From contig OZ361260.1 in assembly GCA_977018835.1 (NCBI GenBank), forward strand, positions 3,286,001 through 3,350,000: DNA of 64,000 nucleotides, given 5' to 3'. The DNA is from Minutocellus sp. GHC0000111. Taxonomy: Eukaryota. Below are positions 56,000 through 64,000 of the stretch, piece by piece. Within the stretch, counting starts at the first letter, position 1, and every line of letters begins with the position of its first letter. Both the position numbers and the translations under genes were made by a program. The notes under the pieces were generated by a model. It saw only the letters and a program-made list of their open reading frames with translations, was not told where the DNA came from and did no database searches.

Positions 56000-56779
56000 T
56001 CACTGACTCTCCTCTTCTTCGTCTCCAGTGTAGACACCACACAAAGGGAAGTTCTTTGGCTCGTCCTCCTCGAGCTGTTCCAAAAGGCACGGGTTCTTCG
56101 AAAGGCTTTCGTATACCTCATCGTAATTTTCAATGTACTCGCTCAGATCATCCGAACCGCGCTTGTACGACACGCTCTCCTCGCTGAGCTTTTGCAACGA
56201 TTCCTCGTCGATGGGAGATCCAAGGAACTCGCCGAGATCCCGCATTTCTCCAACAATATCTTCAAAATAGGATGTGGCATAGGGATATGGAAGGAGTGAG
56301 TTATACTGTGAGATTTCGAATCGTTCACAAAACGCATGTAGAAACGAACAATATTTCATAGGCCTACATGAATACGAGTGCCGTAACATGCGGAAGACTA
56401 ATCCTTCTCACCTTGCTGCATGCTCTCATACGACAGGCAGAATATCCTTCCGTCGCCAAACTTGTTGGCTAGCTCTCCTGCTGCCTCGGTTACGATCGCC
56501 CTCTTCATTTCGGACTCGTGTATTTTGCTCCATAGCTCGGTGACATTGAGATTGATGGTCTTGGGCAAATTCTTGATGCAGTCCTCCCCGCCGGTGAACG
56601 ATATTCCATTTTGCTTCTTGTTATGTTGTGTGAAGGTATCGAGGCCCGTGGTGAAGTTGCCGTACAATAAGAGACTTGCTCGTTGGAATTTGACTGGAGC
56701 TGGTAGTCACTTTGCGCCAGAGCTCGGCAATAAGAAGAAGGCCGAGAGCAAGTAAGTGAGCAAGTGGCGCATCCGCCAT
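56000..56779 (-). pseudogene. C-terminal portion of an Stf0/NodH-like sulfotransferase, N-terminal core apparently missing
   Basis: INLNVTEL...LSYESMQQ|GTGAG intron ...LGEFLG...KRGSDDLSEYIENYDEVYESL; no PAPS loop found before the neighbouring divergent gene. Confidence 0.5.
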
Positions 56780-56965
56780 GCATGGCGTGTTCGAACGATT
56801 TTGCGCCACCAGCCAGAGCAGACTTTCTCAAATTTTGGAGTGGCTTTGCGGGAATAGATTGAAAGATATCGGGACTACTTTGTATTGTGCATCGATTGGC
56901 GAATTCACAAATCACAACATCACAACGCAACATCGATCCGATCCGTCCATTTCAAGCAAGCAACC

Positions 56966-58646
56966 ATGATGGTCCGGAGAATCGCCGACGTTCTGATCCT
57001 GCTCCCCCTCATCGTCCGATGCCAAGATGATGAGCCAGCATTGTCCGAGGGCGACGACAACAGTACCATCGTTGACTCCACACCAATGACTTTCTGCAAC
57101 TGCACGGGGTGTCCCAACTCCGACCGTGTTTCGGTCGGCCTTCACAAGAACCTTATCTCTGAGATCTGCCCCGAGGGTTCGGCCGCTACGGTGACCACCC
57201 TTCGAACGACCAACACAAAAGGTGGACTCTCCATTTACGATCTGTTAACTTGGAATGAGGTAAGATGCATTAAATGATTTCATGCCTTGTGAATACATGT
57301 TGTGCCTTGTTCAGGTTGGATCGTGGGAGACAAAAGCCCTCTCTGATTCTCACCAAGAAGAATACAATCACATCGCCCATACATACATTTAGGGAGCCTT
57401 GTCGGGCGATTTGTCCATCAACCCACCCTACATTTATCGGCAGGCCAGTGAGATTGATCAGGGCACAACATGCTACGAGGCCGACCCCGATGTTCTGCCG
57501 GTGATTGGCGATCAGACCACCATCAAGGTGACACTGAATTGCGAGGCGGTGATATGTGACTTTCAGTGGGATGCGCAGTTCGGGTGCGCCGAGTTAGGCG
57601 TCCTTACCACTTCCGTGGATGGCGGTTTGCAGGTGCTGAGCGATGTGGACGACACCATTGCTTGTGCCAGCCCAACCACAACCTGCGACTCTATCCCAGC
57701 ATGTACGTTGGAGGGAACAATATCACATTACCTCGCAGGTATTGATCGAAGGCTCGAACACAAGGAGATGTACCCTGGCGTCGCGGAACTGATGTTAGGG
57801 CTGGCGCTAGGTCCAAAGGATGGGAACGAGGGACAATACATTCCGGCCAAGCCCATGATGTTGAGTGCTCGGCCGCGTGAAGCTCAGCTCGTTTTGGCCA
57901 TTGATCAGGACAGCGAGCTCAATGTTTATGCCGAAAGTGCAGGAGATCGATTGAACTACACGAATTGGGGTGTCAACACCGACTCGTCCATGTACGGAAC
58001 CATATTTGATGGGACAAGCTTCAAAGAATTTGGGGAGACCAAAGCAAAGAGTTACAACTCCATATCAACGGAGCGACCTAATACGCGTTTCGCATTTCTG
58101 GGCGACAATGGTCAAGGGGACGTTTGTGCTGCACAATCCATGTTGGAGTCGACCAACGGCGATCGTTTGGAGGTAGTTTTCATCCACGAGGTCCAAGATC
58201 CTGAAGAGGCACACACTGCCTGTGAGCATCCCGATGGGAGTGGTGAATTTACCTTGGACTTGCGAGAGAGCGACAATGTCCACTATCACCGCACTCACGC
58301 GGAAGCGGCTCTTTGGGCTCTGGACAAGCAACTCATTTCCTGTTGTTCTGCCCATAATGTGTATTTTGCTATCAACGAGTTTATCGAATGCCGGTGCGAC
58401 GGCATTTGTCCGGAAGGAGGGCTCAATACAGGCTTTGTGGATCTTGCAAGTAGGAATGAAACTCTGGCATATTGTGATGAATTGCGGAAAGACCAAAAGG
58501 ACTTATTGAGCGCAGTCGATGATTGTGATCCTGCAGGAGAATGCCCAAACCATGCAGAGGTTGATTCCAGCTCGGCGAACAATGGGATGCGCTATTCTCT
58601 CGCCGTCGGTGTACTTTTGAGCCTTTTGAGTTCCCATGCATTGTGA
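56966..58646 (+). CDS. Secreted, possibly GPI-anchored App1-type phosphatidate phosphatase (HAD-like) protein; intron 57260-57392
   Basis: Signal peptide; LSDVDDTI, MYPGV, LSARP and FLGDNGQGD; hydrophobic C-terminus after SSSA. Confidence 0.8.
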
Positions 58647-58783
58647 CTTGCAAGCTAGAGTAGTGCGAAGTATTGATAATAAATAATGGGAGGTCTAATA
58701 AAGCGAAATTTCGTCCGATCCGCCTGACAGATAACATTTAATACTTTTATCCCCAATGGAGCCGGCATATGCTCACAATTATG

Positions 58784-60362
58784 TCAATCAAGTTGCCAGC
58801 ACTTGACTGTATGGTCGACACCGCCCGATACCATGATTGGCAATGTATGATGCATCGCAATCGAGGTCACAAAATGTGGATGGGCATCGTCAATTGTACG
58901 AAGACAGCGCTTGGACTTGACATCGAAGACTCTTACCGACCGATCATCTCCGGCGCTAATGATGAAGTTGCCTGTCGGGTGGACCAAAACACTCCTTACC
59001 CAATTTTCGTGCGCATTGAAGGTAACAAGGCACGATGCCTTGCTGATCGACCAAAGCCGGACCGTGCGGTCACGTCCGCAAGATGCCACGAGATCATTCA
59101 ACTCCTCAGCCTTTTTATCCGCCACGCTCTTTCGGCCATCCGATCCTCCACTTCCACCAGCACTGCCACCACCTAATTCTGCCCTTGCAGCCGGCGTCGC
59201 TGCGCATACAAATGCCAATGCCTCCACCACGTGCTCGTGTCCACGGAGCTCGCAGACCTTCCGCCGATCACCGCCGGTCCGGTAGACGTTGACGACCGTA
59301 TCGTTGCCACTGGTAGCAAGCATCTCTCCATCCGACTCCCGAACCGCCACCGTACGGACCCAATCGCTATGATCCGACAGTGTGTGGACGCAGAAACCCG
59401 TCTCGACGTCCCAGAACTTGACCGTCTGATCGCGAGAGGCCGATACCAAATGAGCCGCACCGGCCGCGGCGACGCTAATGCCCGTGGTGGAGGATGCCTC
59501 GGCGGCCCCCCCTGCGGCATCTCCGCCCGCAGTTGCTGCCGACGACGACGATGCCGAGGTCATGGCCGACAATGGGAGGGGTATGAACCGCACGCACGAG
59601 ATGGTGTGATCATGACCACGGAGGGTCCGCACGCAGGCATAGGTGGAGAAGTCCCAAAGCTTGATGGACAGGTCGGACGAGCAGGTAGCCAGGTGCGATC
59701 CCGTCGGGGTAAATGCGACGGAATACACCGTATTGGTATGTCCCTTGAGAGTCCGAACGTAGTCACCAGATTCATGATCCCAAACCTAATTCATATCAGG
59801 TTGAAACGAGCAATCCAACTGACTGTAAGCAACACAATATGAAGGAGCCACAAAAAGTAGTAGAAACACCGCAAATGCCCAACACCGCACTCACCTTGAC
59901 CGTTCCGTCTTCGCTTCCGCTAACCGCCACGGTGTAGACGGGATGGACCGCCACGCACGTCACCTGTCCCTGATGGCCCTTGAGGGTGTGGACGGCGGGC
60001 GGTCGGGGGATCATCCTCCGACCGGCCGCGGATCCCGCAGCTCCGGCCCCGGCGGCTCCGTCACCAGCACCGGCCAGTCCCATCCCGGCCCTGTGGGCGT
60101 GGATCTTGGCGCTCTGCGCCGCGGCCCGCTCCAACTCCAGCACCTTCTTCTGCAGGCGGGGGACGGCCGTCCACTTCTTCTCGAGGATGGGAGCCGATGA
60201 GGCAGCAGACGCCGGCTTGCCGGCCTTTTTGGCCTGGCACGCGGCCGGATCGGCCTCCGCCAGGGCAACGGCCGCCGCGGCAAAGTGATCTCCGGGGCGG
60301 GAGAGGAGGTACTCGTAGATCCCCGAGTGCAGGTCGGCCCGTTGCCGATCGGTGAGGACCAT
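58784..60362 (-). CDS. LIS1: LIS1/PAFAH1B1 homologue (LisH + WD40); intron 59894-59786
   Basis: [38 protein letters not shown] and seven WD repeats ([38 protein letters not shown]). Confidence 0.95.
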
Positions 60363-60910
60363 GGTGAGGTGTTGGTTGTTAGGTTATGCCGTTTTTTTTA
60401 GACCTGTCGACAAAAATTATTTGCTCGAACCGGTTGACGAAAGATACGCGCACTTTCGCGTCGGTGAACGAATTGAGCACCTACTAGACAGTGCTGATAG
60501 TACGAGTGCGCCCCTACCCTGCCTGTCTAAAATGGTGGAAGGGGGCGCGGCGGGGGGTTGTTTCGAGAGGTCAAGCAAGATGGCGTCAGGCAACGGCGGA
60601 AAGCATATGGCCATCGCATTGCGAGACGCTCCATAGCATTCGCAAAATCGAGCCAGCTCTCTCTCTCTCTCTTTCTGCTGCTGCTGCTGCCCGCTGCTGC
60701 TTCTCTGCCGCGTGCGATCTCGAATCGCAGATCTATCGGTAAGGCATAACTATTACCTCGCATGTGGCTGTACATCAATTGTCTTAACAGCAGTCAATCT
60801 TACGTATAGAGCCTATCGTCAGCAGCCAAACAGCTGAGAGACGAAAAGCGAGCTGCTGACACCAAATGATGAGTGATGATTTTCCGCAACTCTCATCATC
60901 ATCTAATCTT

Positions 60911-61951
60911 TTATTTGGTGGGTGACCTGGCAAATTCAGGACCATCCTCCATGCTCTCCACTATCTTGCGTTCTATCATTTCCAAGTCCAGTGGTGCCGG
61001 TTCTTCCCCATCTATGATGCCAGTGCCGCCAGATATTGCCCTGTGAATGCCTCGTTTGATCTTGCCGCCGGCTCCTCCTCCATTGGCTCGGACTGCTCCT
61101 GATGATCCATTGCTTTTGCTGTTTCCGATTCCTCTTTGCGTCCCAGAACGAGCAGCCGCCGCCCTTTGCTTCCGTTCTTTCTGTCGGCCGATCCGTTCCT
61201 CCCGATCAAAGTAACGCTTGGCAGCGTCGTCGATGTGTCGATCATCAAATCGCTCCGTTCCGAACTCATCGTCGTCCAGCTCGCCATATTCCATGCTGGT
61301 CTCGCTCTCATCACCGGACGAGCTGCCATCGCAATCACCATACTCGTTGCGGTAGCCCCCAATGCCGCCCAAACCACCGCCCTTGTCGTGATGGTCGCGA
61401 TACAGGTCTGTGGAAATTGCCGCGTACTCATGTCCATCTATGCCCCGTTTCTTCCTTCGCCGCCGTCCAGTTTCAGGGCACATGCCACACCGCTCGCAGC
61501 ACGAGCAGCAGCACCTGTAGAGCACGACCACCACGACGGTGAAAATCGCCGCAAAGAAGAATCCCTCTATGGTATCGTACAGGATGGAATCGGGGTCGAC
61601 GTAACGGGCAAGAGAGAACACGGAGGGGCGATTGCTGTCACTGCTACTAGAAGAAGATTCCGAGGCATTGTTGTGAAACTCCTCAAAGTCATCGTCTACC
61701 GAAAAGGATTCTGGTGAAGAATTCACCTGCTGCGGATTGGAATTAGAATGACCTGGACCGGCCTTGACGCCCAGTCTTCTCCTTCGTATTCTCTGCGTTG
61801 AGCCGTTGAGAAACTGCGTCGTGCTTGCGACGGATGATGCCGAGACAAATGACATGGAAAAACATAAAATGAAAGAACACGCAAGATGTCGCATGTGACC
61901 ATGAGGTCGCCTCGGCCTTTGACGGCCTGTGCCTTTGCTGGACATTGCCAT
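60911..61951 (-). CDS. Single-pass membrane hypothetical protein
   Basis: Signal-like segment, TM FFFAAIFTVVVVVLY, juxtamembrane Cys cluster and low-complexity tail. Confidence 0.65.
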   Translation of the reverse strand: MAMSSKGTGRQRPRRPHGHMRHLACSFILCFSMSFVSASSVASTTQFLNGSTQRIRRRRLGVKAGPGHSNSNPQQVNSSPESFSVDDDFEEFHNNASESSSSSSDSNRPSVFSLARYVDPDSILYDTIEGFFFAAIFTVVVVVLYRCCCSCCERCGMCPETGRRRRKKRGIDGHEYAAISTDLYRDHHDKGGGLGGIGGYRNEYGDCDGSSSGDESETSMEYGELDDDEFGTERFDDRHIDDAAKRYFDREERIGRQKERKQRAAAARSGTQRGIGNSKSNGSSGAVRANGGGAGGKIKRGIHRAISGGTGIIDGEEPAPLDLEMIERKIVESMEDGPEFARSPTK

Positions 61952-62136
61952 GATTGTGCTCTCGGTAACGGTACGAACTCGTATTAGGGTAGCTTCCGCT
62001 GATGGCCCGATTTTTTCCGATTATTACTCTTCTAATTTGAGAGTTGAGGCTACATAGAGGGGAAAATTCGGTTGAGGAGTGTCATAATGTCTGTCCGTCT
62101 CCTCCGATCTGCCCGGCCGACACTCTTTTCTTACCC

Positions 62137-62482
62137 ATGCCCAGGTTACGAGCTCGTCGTACCAACATGATGATGATGATGATGATGACACTGCCACGAC
62201 GGGTTGCCTTTTCGACCGCTCTCAGCATTGCTTTCGTGGCGATCAGCACAATTTGTGTTGACGTGGATGCGTTCGTTGCACCAAGTGCATTGACCACTGG
62301 CGTGTCTTTTCCGTCACCATCATCGGCCCTGGCCTCCTCCTGCCTTGACTCGTTGGGGAGTCACGACGGTAGCAGTGGAAAGGCTGCCTCTATGTCGCCA
62401 CCAGGAGCCGCCTCTTCGACGCAGGGCCGACTTCCAATCATTGCTGGGAATTGGAAGCTCAATCCAGCAACTCTATCCGATG
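62137..62482 (+). pseudogene. TPI: Plastid triosephosphate isomerase, 5' fragment truncated by an insertion
   Basis: Presequence VDAFVAP followed by RLPIIAGNWKLNPATLSDA; similarity then stops abruptly. Confidence 0.75.
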
Positions 62483-64000
62483 CACTGTGTAAAATTTACA
62501 ATGAGTTCGCAGAAGACTGTTGGCATAACCGAGACTAGAGCTCTACATGGCAGTCTTAGCTTGCTACGCGCTAGAGTTACTGCAGTTAAAAGTTAACTCA
62601 TCTGCGTAGCCGAGCAGCCTCTCTTTGCTGCCTCACTGAGCGTTTGTAGTTTCTTCGTAGATTGCTTGGTCTATCAGGGTGGTTCTCCCAGCACCACTCC
62701 ACCATCTCATTTCTTGGGACGCAACAAAGCTGCTTGATTCTTTCCATGGTTACTTGGCTTTCCACCCAGCACATGGCATTGCGGCAGCCACTGCTGTTTC
62801 TCCGGTGCCTGTTGAAAGCACCAGGCCCTCCTGAAGGATTCATGGGTCGAGGATCGTCACACCAGCACCTTCCACAGTTACTACAGAGGTAGTAGTCCCT
62901 TGTCCCTGTCCCGTTGTTGCCAACAACGTCATCCAGCATTTGCACAAACTGGTTTGATGCTTGCGCTTTAAGCGTCGAACGGGGCATCAACCAGCCAGCT
63001 TCCAGAAGTCGTTCAAGCGTTGGAGCCCTCTCGTCGTGGGCGTGCGGGAACATGGTGCTAAAGCAGAATTGACACAGATTGTTGCCACCCTCTAGCTAGA
63101 GTATTGCTCAGGTAACCATGGCCATGTCGCTCAACGTAAGCGCTCATCTCCTCAACCCTCCCCTCGTCTACAGAGGTGTCGATGACGCTTTTTTTGTTGC
63201 GGTGCCCTTTCCATCGAACTTGAGTGTGACCGATTACGTCTCGGCACTCTCGGAGGGAGAGCGGAGGTAGCTTGGACATTCGGTACGCACCTCGGAGAAG
63301 GTGGTACAAACAATAGAGGTCGTTGAGATGGACGCTGTCCCTCAATGGGGGCTTGGTCCCCCCCGCCGCAATGTGCTGACCATGGTGGAAACGGCAAAAG
63401 TATCGTTCAAATGAAAAAACCTCGTGGTCGTTAACTAAGCGACGATAGACCTGGAAGGCTGGAACCCCGGCGGTAGCAAATCGAAGCGACGAAACATCAA
63501 TGTTGGGGTAGTGGGGACCGGACGGATTGTTCGGGTCAATCGGGCCCGACGCATTGAGAGCGCCCAGCAACTCGACGAACAGGTACGGCAGGTGATCCAT
63601 TGCCGCATTGAGGACATCGTTGTAGTCACCACTGCCACCGTAGTGCCAGTCCGTGGTTTCGACGACGGGGAACATGTTGAAATGAGCTACGTTGTTCCGC
63701 CAGAATTCAGATCCGCCATCATCGACGACCCCCAGTTCTTCCATGACATCGAACGGCCTGTTGAATGTGGCCTCGATAATTCCATCATGGGCCTCAGCGT
63801 CATTGTTGGTCGACTGGAAGTGTAAACGTTCGAAGCTTCCGTGTGTAGCGAAGTGGTGGAAGACGATGGCCTACAGGAGAAAATTTAAGACAACAATCAA
63901 ATGAGAAAGAAGTGAAAATAGAAAAATAAATGAAACAAGCAACTCGATTTAAACAAATCAGATCACACACCTTGATTTCGGAAGGATCTTCGCCGAGGAA
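62483..64000. mobile_element. Putative insertion element starting CACTGTG and extending beyond the window
   Basis: TPI homology ends at or near CACTGTG (62483-62489) and unrelated minus-strand ORFs follow; the other end is not visible. Confidence 0.4.
62598..64000 (-). CDS. Uncharacterised spliced gene inside the putative insertion (intron 63970-63871) with C-terminal CxxC...H...C zinc-finger-like segment
   Basis: AAG|GTGTGT...CTGTAG|GCC is phase 0 and in frame with 63058..63744. ORF 62598..63053 (LCSNCGR...FNRHRRNSSGC) follows in a shifted frame. Confidence 0.5.

Noticed and set aside
1..64000. Global UAG-to-Gln genetic code
   Set aside because: TAG terminates several genes at their expected C-termini.
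1..64000. tRNA/rRNA genes
   Set aside because: None recognised by eye; a covariance-model scan would be needed to exclude them.

Overview
Gene-dense eukaryotic nuclear DNA, almost certainly from a diatom or close stramenopile. The evidence is short GT-AG introns, ASAFAP-type bipartite plastid presequences (RPE, DUF3593/Ycf49 fusion, TPI) and diatom-type families (HSF, RAP, DUF1997, DUF2358, sulfotransferase-like). About 30 protein-coding loci can be read, several broken by single-base indels or single in-frame stops. The most notable signals are: (1) two ~2.65-kb inverted copies (19266-21913, 37927-40613) of a DNA transposon with 4-bp TSDs, CACAG termini and a RAG1/Transib/Chapaev-type transposase remnant, whose two ends read heptamer + 12 bp or + 23 bp spacer + CGGATGA, i.e. 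RSS-like 12/23 geometry; (2) a directional TpA->CpA/TpG substitution pattern between those copies and TpA-purged tracts in which only YTAR sites survive, suggesting a repeat-directed mutagenic or base-modification process opposite in direction to fungal RIP (a base-calling artefact is not excluded); (3) a mariner-type element, a Sola-like non-autonomous element and an insertion that truncates a TPI gene; (4) four single in-frame stops inside otherwise continuous genes. All family assignments are from motif recognition by eye; no searches were run.
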